Positions 50,600 through 64,000 of a DNA stretch of 64,000 bases are shown piece by piece. The stretch is from Eledone cirrhosa (taxonomy: Eukaryota), in assembly GCA_964016885.1 (NCBI GenBank), contig OZ024742.1, positions 108,748,001 to 108,812,000 on the forward strand. Direction: 5' to 3'. Under the pieces are notes generated by a model. It did not search any database. It worked only from the letters and a program-made list of their open reading frames with translations, and was not told the DNA's origin. Numbering within the stretch: position 1 is the stretch's first letter; the number at the start of each line of letters is the position of its first letter. A program made the translations under genes and the position numbers.

Positions 50600-52365
50600 C
50601 CACTCCAAGTGGGTTGCGCCACCGCCATTAACGGCAATACTCCGCACTTCACCTCCTCTTTCCAGGGAAGCAGTATGCCCTCCTCAATCCATCTCTCTAC
50701 CTCTCGCTCGAACTTGCTCCTAATGTCTCCCTTCAATGTGTGTTGATAGCAGCCCACTTTGGTCTTCAGTGTTGGTGGTTCTCCCTTCCAGTACCACTCA
50801 ACAACCCATCGCTGCTCATCGAACACGGCATTGAAGTCTTTGTCCTGCACAGTGTAAGCGGGGTATTTCTCCTCGTTGGCCTTCTGCTTCTCCTGTCGCG
50901 TACTCACCGCGCATACCGACGCGGCGCCGCCAAACGACACACCGACATTGTTCACTGTGACGCCTCCTAGACGGCCAATTGTGTCCATGTCCATAACCAC
51001 GCCGATCCCATCCACCACGTTGTCGACTACGATGGCAGAAAGCCTTATTTTCATCCCCCGTAACGCCATTGCGACCTCGGTATTCAATTTTCCTACCGTC
51101 GACTGCCCTTATGCTGCTCTTCCCTCTCCACCTCTACGCCACCCCCGCGGTCACCAGTGTCGTCGTACAGCCCGTGTCCACAAGGGCTCGCTGTGGCTTT
51201 CCCCTCACGAAGACTTCCACCACGGGCAGCGCCTCTACTCGTAAGGGGCAACTACCGGCGCAGTAGTTCCCCTTGGATCGTTTCCCTGGTCGCAGTTAGT
51301 AACGATGTGGCCTGGTCGCTTACACCGGTAACATATTATTTCCGGCCTTGACTCTCTACAGTCTCTCGCCATGTGCGGGCCCTGGCACCTAAAACAGCGA
51401 CCACGTGCCGTGGCTGCCTCCCTTTCACCATTTCGCTGCCAGCTGTCCTGGGCCTCTGTAGTTGCCATCGCCGCGACACTCTTCTTGGCATCTTCTGCTA
51501 TGATGCGGGATTGCTCCACCAATGCACGCATCGCCATTTCTTTGTAACCCGGGACTTGCTGTAGTTTTACCGCTATGTCGTCTGGAAATCCATTTATGAA
51601 CGCCAACCGCACCGTGCGTTCGCATTCCGCCTGATATCCAGACAACATGGCCAGTCGCCGTATTTCCGCTGCGAAAATGTCAACGCGTTCACCGTTCCAT
51701 CTAATTCTTGCCAGCTTAGTAAAAACGGCTAACGGTCCCTCCGCGAACACTTCCATCATGCGCCTCTCGATCTTTTGCGTATCCCTTTGGCTGTGTTCAT
51801 CCATTTCAAGGAAGAGTACCAACTAGTCCTCCTCGAGGTACAGTGCCATGAGGCCAGCCACATCTTCAATCTTCTGTAAGCTTGCGACCAGCCGGACTTT
51901 TCGCAGCCAAGCGACAACATCGCCTTCACCGGTAAATGCCCTAATCGCTTCGCTCGTTCGTAGTCTCATCGCCATCCTAATTTGACTTGCGGTACGTAAT
52001 AAAAAAAACAACAACAGACTCCTCTTTGTTTTTCCAGTAGCTTTGTTTTCGAGAAAGTTGGGGTTTTTTTTTTTTATCAGATCTCAGTTTCCAGTGCCGA
52101 AATAGCTTGTGGTTAGAAAAAGCTATCTCACTTACCGCTTTTCATAGGCGCCGCTAAATCCCATGGCTGGTTTCTCTTCTTCCACGTGCGTACGATCCAA
52201 ACTCATAACACCGGGAGCTGCCAAACTCGCGTCCACCACGTTCCTAATCACCGCTAGAGAGCGACCGACCTGCTGGCCCTTCCGGTCGAACACCCTTCCG
52301 GCCAAGCACCCTTCCGGTCGAGCACTCCCCAGCTTCCGGTCACCGCACACCATACCATACCCACA
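50600..52365 (-). mobile_element. Ty3/gypsy-like LTR retrotransposon 5' part (LTR, gag, protease, RT start), decayed
   Basis: gag knuckles CFRCQGPHMARDC and CYRCKRPGHIVTNC; protease RALVDTGCTT (~51160-51190); EVERWIEEGIL..PLMAVAQP; putative LTR 51988-52365 (TGTGGGTA...TACCGCA). Confidence 0.8.
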
Positions 52366-52591
52366 ATAATAATAATACGTAATTATTTATAGCTGTCATT
52401 ACATTAAACATAGATGTATTTATTGTGATATTTTTATAAGGATGCCACAGATTGTACGATAGATAATGATTACAATATTTTTTAGTAACAACTCTAGTCC
52501 CACACTTTTGAAGGTTTATTATAACATTCTGTGGCTCTTTTGAGCTTGCGCATTTTTCATGTCTAGTATATATATATACATATATAGATAC

Positions 52592-52644
<53 letters not shown>

Positions 52645-52666
52645 CAATTCTTCTCATATTTATATA

Positions 52667-53731
52667 CTACCAGAGGTACCCGGCGTTGTTCGGGTATTAA
52701 TAGCAGTTGTGTATACCATTTATGTCAATACTTCAGTGCTGCTTCGAAAACTATACTTTTACAAAATCCTCGGCTTTTTCCAAAAGGGGGTTCCTACCCC
52801 CAGGGGTCCCCTACTCAATATGTGCCAATTCTGAGAGTTCACATTCATCTGTAGGACAAACGTAGCCCATGTGTCAAGTTTTGTGAAAATCGGTTGCGAA
52901 CTCCAGAAGTTATGACGTTTTGTTGCATTGCACTGCAGTGCTTCAGTCGACTCCAAGAAAGTGGTTAAAGGGGTTTATCTGCCGGCAGGCCCTATAATCA
53001 ATATCTGGAAAAATGAAAGTGCCCATGACCATCCGGAGTACATAAGTAACCTATGTCTTAAGTTTGGTGAAAATACTGTAGAAATGCATAAGGTTTATAC
53101 ATACGCGTGCGTGTGTGTGTTTGTGGGTGTGTATGTATTTGTGTGTGCGTATGTATATGTATGTGTATGTCAGTCGGGGCATACGTATGTACTGGCCTAA
53201 ATCTTCACTATTTACTTTTACTATTTTAATAACCTCTGTCATTTTCGTTTTCAATTTTATTTACATCATTCTTAAACTCCGGGGCTGGAAATCATTCTGT
53301 TATGTTAAATAAAATATTAGTCTAACGACTCCATTTATACCATAAACTTGGTCTTGTCTTTGCATGAAATTGTTCTTCTCGATCCACATAACGACGTATT
53401 ATCCTCACTTTTTTTTTCGTTCATTGCCAGGGAACGTCTTCACAAACCAAAATATCGTCTTCCTGTTTTCGTTCAGTTGGAACATTTCTCGAAATATTTA
53501 CTTCTGCGTTCACAGATTACTCTCAGTTCAATTTTAATGGGAAATTCCTGTTCCATCGATTTTCTCCGTAACCATGGAAGCTTGTGCCCTAAAAGTCGAC
53601 CCAACGCCTCCTCGGGTCATTCTGTATAACTGTGTAAATTTTCGCTGCATTCCACCAAGCCATTTCGACGTTTATCCGACTACACTTACTTAAATATACA
53701 ACGTCTGACCTCTTCCAATTTATATAGTAGA
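52667..53731 (-). mobile_element. Non-autonomous Helitron
   Basis: 5' A|TCTACTATATAAATT; 3' hairpin cccgaacaacgccggg followed by tacctctgGTAG (CTAG variant), similar to the end at 11688. Confidence 0.55.
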
Positions 53732-54296
53732 TATATATATTTTTCCTCAGCTGCGTTTGTCTGTTTCTTTCTTATTACTTGCCCTCTCTCTCTGTATCTC
53801 TCACCTTCTTTCGCCATCTCTGTCAGTCACACTTTCTCTCGACTGGCCTCTTCCACGCACTTCCACTCACTCACTCTCTGCTTCTCCCCCTCTCACTTCC
53901 TCCCGTTTGGCCTGTATGGGGTCCTTTCTCACTCACACCTCACCCATGTCGGATGGTCTGTATATCTCTCTCGCCCATGAAATTCACCCAGATTAAGCTG
54001 AATAGATATCATGTGCTTGTTTCTTCCTACCTTTCCGCTGCAATACCATGTTTGTTTGTTTACTTGTCTCGCTCGCTTTACGCTCTATTACTTGTCCCAA
54101 TAGCTTTATTTAGCTATTGCTCGCACCAACTAGAGGTATATAATTTTTAAAGCGATGAAATACCAATGAAAGTTGGAAAATCACTGATGAAGGACTAATG
54201 TTATTCATATGTAACCCACGCAGCACTCAATTCTTCTCATACATATTTCTATATATATATATATATAGTTATGTAATAAAAAACATAAGGCAATTA

Positions 54297-54357
54297 TTAC
54301 ATTTACCAGTGGTTTCTTGAAAGCAAACAAATTTTGCTTTCAATCATCAGAATGAAA
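54297..54357 (-). ncRNA. Type I hammerhead (copy C)
   Basis: TCATCAG at 54344; perfect stem II TTGAAAGCAAA/TTTGCTTTCAA; one stem I mismatch. Confidence 0.75.
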
Positions 54358-54650
54358 TAATCCTGGTGTATTTATTGACATTGGATTTTAAAAACAAAAA
54401 TATAATCTATATGAAAGTGAGGCTGGAAAAGGAAGAAGGAAAGGAAAAATAAACACACATGCACACACACAATTACATACATACACATATATACATACAC
54501 ACATATATACATACATATATACATATATATATATATCCATACATACACATATACATACACGTACAAATACACATACATACACACATATATATCAACATAT
54601 CCATACATACACATACACACAAATACACAAACACACACTCACACACACGC

Positions 54651-54711
<61 letters not shown>

Positions 54712-55046
54712 ATCATACATATATACACACGTACATACACACACATACATACACACATATATACACGCATACATACACATACACAAATATAGATATATGT
54801 ACACACACCTACATACGCACACACACAATTAATTATAAGAAAAAATCTAATAATAAAAATACCGTCACAGAAGAATAAAAAAATAAATGTAAAAATTATT
54901 ATAAAGTTGACAGCGATACAGGCAACAAATAAATGAATAAACACACGTGGTAAGCAATACACACAATTGCACATATACATACATACATAAAAATAAATAC
55001 ATACACACACACACACATACACATACATATACATATACACATACAT

Positions 55047-55132
<86 letters not shown>

Positions 55133-55235
55133 ATATATACATACATATACACACACACATACATATAAATACATACACACATGTATGTGTGTAAAACTCA
55201 TTCTTAGATGTATTCATTGAACCTTGTTTAACTCT

Positions 55236-55306
<71 letters not shown>

Positions 55307-55412
55307 GTGTAGAAGTTATATTTAATTTGTCGGAATGCAACAAGCAAATATTTTTTTATAACTGATATAAAGCACTCAACAAATTTTTGGAGTAAAAATA
55401 CAATATATTAAC

Positions 55413-55749
55413 AAATGGAAACTATATTTATAAAACCATATTTATTTCATTATACATATTTCAAGGACACCAATGCAAATTATGGTGCGCTTTCATCATA
55501 TAAAATATAATATAGATCAGTTTTATAAACAAATATTGACATACCCTTAAAAGAATGCGACCATGTCGGTTGGAAGCTCCGGGAGTTTCCAACCGACATG
55601 GTCGCATTCTTTTAAGGGTATGTCAATATTTGTTTATAAAACTGATCTATATTATATTTTATATGATGAAAGCGCACCATAATTTGCATTGGTGTCCTTG
55701 AAATATGTATAATGAAATAAATATGGTTTTATAAATATAGTTTCCATTT
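55413..55749. repeat. Near-perfect palindrome (168-bp arms, centre 55581), paralogue of 41551-41918; hammerhead core mutated (ATGATGA) in both arms
   Basis: TCATCAT at 55493 and ATGATGA at 55663. Confidence 0.9.
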
Positions 55750-56051
55750 CATTTGTTAATATATTGTATATATATATATATATATATATACATACATATA
55801 CACACGCACATATAAGAAAATACATAAATATTATATATATATAAAAATAAAAAGGTGAAAGGGGTAAACAAATAGTTGGGAATACGACAAATAATAAATA
55901 AATAAATAATTAGAAAAGGGTATAAATGTTTAGCTGATTTAGAGCACTCAACAAGTTCCTGGAGCAAATGATCAATGAAAATAAGCATTAAATCACTGTA
56001 TGTAATTATGCATATACATTACATACACATACATATATACATATACATATA

Positions 56052-56152
<101 letters not shown>

Positions 56153-56373
56153 CCATACAAATACACACACATATACATACATATACATATATATATATAC
56201 ATATAAGAAAAAGTATGACCCCGACGGCAGAGCTCAAGCCGTTTCTGAGGCTATTATATATATACACACATAAACAATTATAAACAATTATATAAAAATA
56301 CATATATACACACACCCACACATATCTACAAAAAGTTACGTCACCACCTTAATAAAAATACACACACAAATAT

Positions 56374-56449
<76 letters not shown>

Positions 56450-56454
<5 letters not shown>

Positions 56455-56896
56455 GTTGAAGGTAACACACCAGAGAGAGATATATAGTGCGTTATCAATA
56501 ATACAGGGAGTGGCTGCTCTTTCTAGCAGTTCGTCTCTCAGAGGCCACTGGTTCACTGCCCTTAAACACGCTGTGACTTCTCTCTCCCACGTGTAGCTGG
56601 ACAGTCAATTGTAAAATTCTCTTAGTGTTGTCTGAAATGTATGGCCTTACACACGCTGATGAACCGAGACTAGACCATTTCTTTCAACAAATTTTTTGGT
56701 GAAACATATCTTTGGATTTGTACGTGTGTTATATAGTTATAGAGGTATTTATTTACGCTTTAATTTATATTTTTAATTATCGTGTCTATAGTCTGCCTTT
56801 CATAGGTTATAGATTTCATACACTGGTGGTTTTTTCCCTGTATTATTGATAACGCACTATATATCTCTCTTTGGTGTGTTACCTTCTCAACATATT
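56450..56896 (+). mobile_element. ~450-bp element with ~60-bp terminal inverted repeats and an internal hammerhead
   Basis: aatatgttgaaggtaacacaccagagagagatatatagtgcgttatcaataatacaggga is mirrored at 56835-56896. Confidence 0.8.
56649..56729 (+). ncRNA. Complete type I hammerhead ribozyme
   Basis: ACACACG-CTGATGA-ACCGAGA..TTTTGGT-GAA-ACATATC-tttg-GATTTGT-A-CGTGTGT; predicted cut after 56722. Confidence 0.85.
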
Positions 56897-57354
56897 ATAT
56901 TTTAAAGGGCTCAGGATCTCTTCCCCTTTGAGCACATTATTTACAGGGAATAACGACGGCCTATGCCTCCGTTAATTTATCGTGATATATATATATATAT
57001 ATAATATTATATATATATATATATACACATATATTCACACACACAAATAAATATCTAGAAATAAAAAAGGTAGGTATGTAAAGGGTAAGGTAGAAAGTAG
57101 GGGGGGGGATAAGGAAAATAAATGACATAGGAAAAGGTTTAAATATAAGGGGAGATAAGGGAGAAAAAGAATATAAGAGTACAGAAAGTGAGTTCAGAAA
57201 GTAAAAAAATCGTAGTGGATGTAAGGCGTAGAGAGCAGAGAAGTTCAAGGTGGTTGAGTCCTAACCCTTTCACCTTTTTATTTTGATTTATATATAATAT
57301 TTATGTATTTTCTTATATATGTGTGTGTGTGTATATGTATTATATATATATATA

Positions 57355-57960
57355 TGTCAGGTCACCAGTTGGTGCTACTGGTAACATGTATCCCAGTACA
57401 ACCTGTCTCATGGTCGGGTAGTTGGCGACTAAACTGGCAACCCCACCAAGGTTTCTTGGTGAGGAGGGTGACTTTGGACATCCTGCAGGACTAAAAACAA
57501 AACCTGTCAAAGAGCAGAGGAGCTCTTAAGAGTCAATGGCCATCCAAAATCACCGGGAGAGATGACCCCTTAGCCTTTGTCAAGGCAGAATTCTAGGAGA
57601 AGGAAAACTCTGATATAATACCTGCAACCCTGGCGGTATCCAATGATGTTGACTTGTTCTTCTTTTTGGTAAATATCATCTTGGTTAAGAGAGTGGGACT
57701 GGCTTTGTGCAGTGCCTTTGCTCACTATAAAAGCTTCACGGCACAGGCATTGCTTTATATCTGGAAATCTCTCTGCACTTGTCACATGGTACCATGGGCC
57801 CAGCACTATGTGTCAGTAATTGTCACAAGTGTAGTGTTTGTACCAGAGTTTTCAAGTCGCTGGATGGACTAAAAAGTCACTCTTTCAGCGCATCGGTAGG
57901 GGTTCTCCTACATGGATATAAAGTAGTGGCCGTACTCGAAAACGAGTTGGCAGCCACCAT
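57355..57960 (+). mobile_element. Non-autonomous RTE-derived element (longest copy)
   Basis: Matches 24541-24950, with ~200 bp of extra 5' sequence. Confidence 0.7.
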
Positions 57961-58003
57961 ATATATGTAACCTTTTTAAAGAATTTTATGACACGCAAAA
58001 GAT

Positions 58004-58178
58004 AATTGTTTCTACTTTTTGGCACAAGGCCAGCAATTACCCAGTGCATTACTGGTACTTTATTTTATCGACCCCGTAAGGATGAAAGGCAAAGTCAACC
58101 TCAGCGGGATTTGAACTCAGATTGTTAAGGGACGTAACTATGCTGGAAAGCATGGCATCCGACCCTCTACCGATACTG
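58004..58178 (-). mobile_element. tRNA-derived SINE
   Basis: Same family as 44586-44764. Confidence 0.8.
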
Positions 58179-58313
58179 AATGGTCAAGAGAAATGGGTTG
58201 GGAGAATTGTTCTGGTTCAGTGAATATGGTTAGTTCGCTGGGGTGTCAGAATTCAGATTTTCTATTGAATAAAGAAAGTAAAGGTATGTATGTTTATTTG
58301 TGTGCTTGTGTGT

Positions 58314-58403
<90 letters not shown>

Positions 58404-58565
58404 GTGTGCGTGTGTGTGTTTGAATTTCTTTTTACTTAAAAAAAGGTGCTCACGAAGGCTTTTTTTTAATAAACGTTATTTGATTACGTTTATTATCCCA
58501 TGATGATATTTGTTTTTGAAATGCGGATAATAAAATATTTGGAACTCTTTTAACCATCCTTTGAT

Positions 58566-58640
<75 letters not shown>

Positions 58641-58695
58641 CGTGTTTCTGAATTTGTTTAGCAAGATTCTTTATCTGAAAACGTGTGTTGAAACC

Positions 58696-59408
58696 GATAT
58701 TGTTATACTTTGGTAGGGTCATGTTGCCTATAAGAAACACACGCACCAGATGCTTTCACTTCAATTTATTATAAATTAAATTTATAAATTTAGGAATTTA
58801 TAAATTTCCGGTTGGTTGGTTGGTTCCACAACCAGATGATTGTTCATATATTGTCTAAGTTCTTTCGTCACACATTCTGTGACCTCTTCAGTGACTGGGG
58901 ATTCTTTTCTTTGTTTGTGTGCCTCTCCTTTGTTCTGTCCTACGCCATCTTGTTTGTGTGTGTGTTGTGTGCTTAGTTTGCGCATGTGTTACATCCGGGT
59001 GTCTGTGTGTGTTTACATTTGTTTATTTATTTGTTTATTTACATGTTACTGGTTGGTTGTTTGTTCTATGTGTGTGTGTGTTTTCATTTTGTCCTTAATT
59101 GTAAGTTGTGATGTTGCTGTTCCATTCATGTTTTCTATTTAATTTTGGTTGGAGTTCATTTATGTTTATTGCCTCTGTGACTTGTCTAAACATTGCGTCT
59201 TTTCTGTGTGTAGATTCTATTCCCCAGTCACTGAAGAGGTCACAGAATGTGTGACGAAAGAGCTTTGACAATATATGAACAATCATCTGGTTGTGGAACC
59301 AACTAACCGGAAATTTATAAATTCCTAAATTTATAAATTTAATTTATAATAAATTGAAGTGAAAGTGTTTCTTATTGGCAACATGACCCTCCTAAAGTAT
59401 AACAATAT
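58696..59408 (-). mobile_element. Truncated PLE: GIY-YIG C-terminus plus pLTR, with an inverted pLTR copy
   Basis: Minus strand RKDAMFRQVTEAININELQPKLNRKHEW (~59215-59115); 58696-58900 is mirrored at 59221-59408. Confidence 0.8.
59227..59269 (+). ncRNA. Minimal type I hammerhead (mirror copy on the - strand at 58853-58895)
   Basis: GTCA-CTGAAGA-G-GTCACA-gaatg-TGTGAC-GAAA-GAGC-TT-TGAC. Confidence 0.7.
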
Positions 59409-59625
59409 ATATATATAGTTCAAGGAGACAACAAACAGAGATACAAAAAGTCTTATTAGATTACACAAATTTCGCAATTAAAGGATTAATATTTATTATG
59501 TAATTGACACGTCTTTCGTTAATATGCAAGAGAGCATGTCTTGAACTGTTAATCCGATGTATGTTTTCGGAGAATTCGAATTCCAATATTTTGCATCAAT
59601 TATTTTACATATTTTTTACATGTTT

Positions 59626-59960
59626 TTATTCACACGGGAAGACCTGCCGCTGTGTAAATATTTGGTCGGCTCTGCTGCAACTGGGGCGAAAACCACACTT
59701 TTCATCAGCTACCATGGACTCGACAATCTCCCAGCATCTCTTTGCCAGACACTTAGCACAGACCTTACACAGGCTTAATAATGAGGTCCCTCTGTAACTG
59801 GAACAATCTCTCTTGTCTCCCTTTTTAAAAATTGGGATTATCACTCCCAATTGCCATTGCTTAGACATCTTTCCAGAGATACAGGCTACCTGGCACGCAC
59901 GTGTCTGCCGCAGAATACTTTCTCTATTTAAGGCTTTTAACATCTCGGGCCGGATGTCAC
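59626..59960 (-). pseudogene. LINE RT N-terminal fragment
   Basis: WQLGVIIPIFKKGDKRDCSSYRGTSLLS..EKCGFRPSCSRADQIFT. Confidence 0.8.
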
Positions 59961-60315
59961 CTCAGCCTCTGAGAGATTAGTTACTGCGTGTAAATCCGAA
60001 GATGCTGTTGTGATCGGGTTTAAATTTGTTGTATAAGATATGTTCAGTCACTTACACTATAATACAAGATGGACTGTACCAGTTATTCAAAGCCCAGCCT
60101 TGTCATACATTGTTATGCTGAATCTCCCTCGGGACTACGTTAAGGGTTAAACGTACATGCGTCTGACATGCTCAGCCACACCCACGTTAATTTCACGAGC
60201 AGGCTGTTCTGGTAATCGAACAACTGGAAAACTGATCGTCGAAATCGACGAGGGTCCAGAGGTCTCCCACCACCATCTAACTTAACTCTTTAGCATTTAC
60301 ATTACTTTCTAGTTA

Positions 60316-60495
60316 CCATTGGCAGAATCGGTATAGCGTCAGAGACCATGCTTTTCAGCATTATGGCCTTTTACGTTCTGCGTTCAAATCCCGCCGAGGT
60401 TAACTTTGCCTTTCATCCTTACGGGGTCGATAAAATAAAGAACCAGTATTGCACTGAGATAATTGCTGGCCTTGTGCCAAAAGTAGAAACAATTA
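60316..60495 (+). mobile_element. tRNA-derived SINE (partial copy also at ~61247-61330)
   Basis: gttcaaatcccgccgaggttaactttgcctttcatccttacggggtcgataaaataaag. Confidence 0.75.
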
Positions 60496-61999
60496 TTATG
60501 AAGGGTTAGTTACAGCCGGTTTGAACAGAAAGAAGTGAGAGAATTCTGGCCGGTTTAAATTCTAAAGAGTTAAAGTGGAGCTGTCTCGCCTGGAATGCCT
60601 TTTATCAACACCTCTTATTAGAATTTTCTCCCACTAATACCTTTCTCTCTCTCTCACCTTATCTATATTATTTGTTTCTTTTCTCCTCCTCCTCTCTCCT
60701 CTTGTAAAACTTTACTTTCACCCATTGCCGCCATCTTACTTTCACTCTCTCTTTCTCTTCCTTTTACATTACTTAATGCATCACTTCATTTTATTTTTTT
60801 CTCTCCTCTTCCTTTCTCCCCTTTTCGTATTTCCTCTCTTCCCCTCTCATATTTCTTACCACCACCTCATTCTCCTCTTTTCACACACACACGTATATAT
60901 ATATAAGCATACATACATATATACTACATACATCACCTCATTCTCTTCTTTTCACACACACACGTATATATATATAAGCATACATACATATATACTACAT
61001 ACATATATATATATATATATATAACATTCACGTTATCAGCAAGGGCAGATGACTTCCGAAAGCATTAAACTGTTTTGTTTATTAAGCTATTAATGCTACT
61101 ATGATGTCGGTGTCCGCTTTGCGTTCGGTCGCTGTACGTTGTCCTTTACGATGGTATATACTCCCACATAGGGCTGGGTATGCCGGGATACCGGCCCCTG
61201 TAACAAACCCTGACATCGTTCATACTAAGGTAAAACTTTTTATTGATCTTTCATCCTTGCGGGGTCGATAAAATAAAGTACTAGTAATACACTATGATAA
61301 TTGCTGGCCTTGTGTTAAAGTAGAAACGATTATATATATAGAAATATATATCATGTTTAATGTAGAAATGACTTCTATGAGACTAGAACTGTTTCATTCA
61401 AAAGAAATCTTCGTTAATTTTTGTGCTTGTTTGTTTTTAATATGTGAGTGTCTGGTGGTGTTGCTATATATATATATATTTACTTTATCAAATTCTTTAG
61501 ACTGTACTCGTTCGTTTAAAGATAATATGAAACTTGCAGTAATTTCTGTAAAAAGTGACTTTTTTTCTTTTTTAAATTATATCTATATAATCACATAATT
61601 GTTATGTACACCCTTCGAAAATGTATCTGCAAAATAAGACGTATTAAGAAAGTGATATATATGTATATCGTACATACACACATACATATATATATATTTA
61701 TAAGGACGGCGTAACTTCCTTAATAATCTGGGCCATATCCAATTTTAGTGGACTAAATGCTGCTTACGTGCTGTTGCAGTTTACTTCAATGTATGAGGCT
61801 ATTCCAACAAATTTACATTCCCTTTTTTTTTAGCCGTTAAAAGAAATATAGATTTATTTATTGGGTTTTTTTTTGCGATTTATTTGCCACTGGGGCATAG
61901 ATTTCTTTATTTGCCACGGGGGAAGTTTTTACAAAAATCAAGTACAAACATTTAACGAGTGATTAAAAAGGAATATAAAAAATTAAGTCCTCAATAGAG

Positions 62000-62240
62000 A
62001 GGCAGCCTTTTGGGGTCACACACACCCCCGTAGAAAGCGTGCGACCTTTCTGCCAGGGAGCACAGAGAGAGGGGGTGCTCCCTTCTCTTACCTGTACAAG
62101 CCGATATAGAGAGATGGCCCACTTACACGGGCCATTATTGCTACTTTCACCCATCTTTCATGGAATTGGCTGGGACTGAATGCCTTTCTCTCCACCTTGA
62201 TCCTTCTTTCGAAGTGGTATCGGAAAAAGAGGACCGTTTG
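62000..62240 (-). mobile_element. Fragment of a Tx1-like LINE ORF2 C-terminus/3' UTR
   Basis: [31 protein letters not shown] is similar to the 25316-25450 end of the large LINE. Confidence 0.65.
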
Positions 62241-62380
62241 TTGGCCGGCGACATATCCCCACAGATCGGCAAAAAAAACAAACAAACAAACAAAAACGTG
62301 GCAAATAAAGAAATCTATGCCCCAGCGGTAAATAAATCGCAAAAAAAAACAATAAATAAATCTATATTTCTTTTGGTGTG

Positions 62381-62423
<43 letters not shown>

Positions 62424-62715
62424 TTATATGTATATATATGTGTATATAAATATATGTATATATGTGTGTATATGTATATAAATATATGTGTATATGTATA
62501 TATATGTATATATGTGTGTATGTGTATATATATATATATTTATATGTATATATATGTGTATATAAATATATGTATATATATATATATTTATATGTATATA
62601 TATGTGTATATAAATATATGTATATATATGTATATTTATATGTATATAAATATATGTATATATGTATATATATGTGCATATATATATATGTATGTATATA
62701 TGTATATATATGTGC

Positions 62716-62746
<31 letters not shown>

Positions 62747-62842
62747 TGTGCATATATATATATGTATATATATATGCATATATATATGTGCATATATGTA
62801 TATATATGTGCGTATATATATATGTGCATATATATATATATG

Positions 62843-63021
62843 AAAAAGCACCCAGCACTCACTGTAAATGAGGTTGGTATTAGGAAGGGCATCCAGCTGT
62901 AGAAATCAAGCCAAATCATGTATGAGCAAGGCATGGCAGCCGACCAGACACTGCCCACAACAGGACAATCCGTCTAACCCATGCTAGCGTGGAAGAACAG
63001 ACGTAAAACGGTGATGATGAT
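62843..63021 (+). mobile_element. Short RTE-related element
   Basis: aaaagcacccag..ctgtaaa..ttaggaagggcatcca shared with the 5' region at 63403-63455; ends in (TGA)n. Confidence 0.6.
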
Positions 63022-63512
63022 ATGTGCATATATATATGTGCATATATATATATGTAGATATATGTGCATATATATATATCTATATATATGAGTATATATA
63101 TATGTGTATATATATGTGTATATATATATGTATATATATGAGTTGGTGTGTGAGTGGCATGTATATGTGTATATATATATATGTATATGTGTTTATATAT
63201 GTATATATATGAGTTGGTGTGTGAGTGGCGTGTGTGTTTGTAGTTTGTATGCATGAGTGTAGTGTGTGTGTCATGTCAATAAGTGGGTTTTTTTGTGGGG
63301 GGGGGGGGGGGGTTATGACCATGCTGTAAAATGGAGGGGTACAGAGGGCACTTGAGTCTAGTAAGACATCCTCTCTAGTGCTGTAGTGCTGGTGGCACAA
63401 ATAAAAGCACCCAGTCCATGCTGTAAAGTGGCGCTGGTGTTAGGAAGGGCATCCAACCAGTGCCAAAACGCTTATCAGCACAGCAACAAATAGATAGGAA
63501 CAACAACAAAAT

Positions 63513-64000
63513 ATGAAGACGTCACATCTCAGAGTTGCAACACTTAATGTTGGCACTCTCAGAGGTAGATCTGCTGAAATAGCGGAGATGTTGGAGAGAA
63601 GGCATGTGGATGTGTGCTGCGTGCAAGAGGTGAGGTGGAGAGGTGCCTCTGCAAGACTAGTCGTAGGCAAACATCTTAGCTATAAGCTTTTCTGGGTAGG
63701 TAAGGATGATGGGTTAGGGGCAGTAGGCATTTTCCTGGCTGAGAGATGGATCAGTAAGACAATAGAGGTAGTTCGAGTTAGTCATCGAATAATTAAGCTT
63801 AGATTAGTTGTAGGCAGGAGACTACTGACAATCATCTCTGCCTATGCTCCCCAAGCAGGCCTAGGCGAAGATGAGAAAGACTGCTTTTACGAGCTACTTT
63901 TACAAACAACCGCAATGACAGAGGACGGAGACATCATTATGCTAGCAGGGGACTTCAATGGTCATGTTGGACAGCTCCAGGATGGTTACCCTGGGGTACA
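63513..64000 (+). CDS. RTE-clade LINE AP endonuclease domain (runs off the window end)
   Basis: MKTSHLRVATLNVGTL..VDVCCVQEVRW..SHRII..IISAYAPQAG..MLAGDFNGHVG, open to the window end. Confidence 0.85.
   Translation, partial: MKTSHLRVATLNVGTLRGRSAEIAEMLERRHVDVCCVQEVRWRGASARLVVGKHLSYKLFWVGKDDGLGAVGIFLAERWISKTIEVVRVSHRIIKLRLVVGRRLLTIISAYAPQAGLGEDEKDCFYELLLQTTAMTEDGDIIMLAGDFNGHVGQLQDGYPGV

Noticed and set aside
54184-54225. CTGATGAAGGA as a hammerhead
   Set aside because: No downstream GAAA or closing stem I
57355-57450. HDV-like ribozyme at the RTE-derived 5' end
   Set aside because: Some pairings are visible, but a full nested double pseudoknot could not be assigned by eye

Overview
AT-rich eukaryotic repeat DNA with no recognisable host gene. 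The SINE/RTE repeats and (TA)n/(CA)n density suggest an octopus/cephalopod genome (inference). Most short ORFs in the track are microsatellite artefacts. The window is a nest of mostly decayed transposons: an autonomous-type Helitron (12600-20038) joined head-to-tail to a non-autonomous one, a MULE, a Tigger/pogo, a near full-length Tx1/L1-type LINE, R4/Dong-like and RTE LINE pieces, a gypsy-type LTR fragment, tRNA-SINEs and many Penelope-like element (PLE) GIY-YIG/RT fragments. The hidden layer is RNA: about 20 type I hammerhead ribozyme (HHR) motifs can be folded by eye. Eight lie in a near-identical 310-bp head-to-tail array (39088-41514) that resembles a non-LTR retrozyme/circRNA replicon. 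Others sit in a 631-bp partial tandem, in fold-back palindromes and in PLE 3' ends, mostly inserted into (TA)n tracts. All structures are hand-derived and untested.
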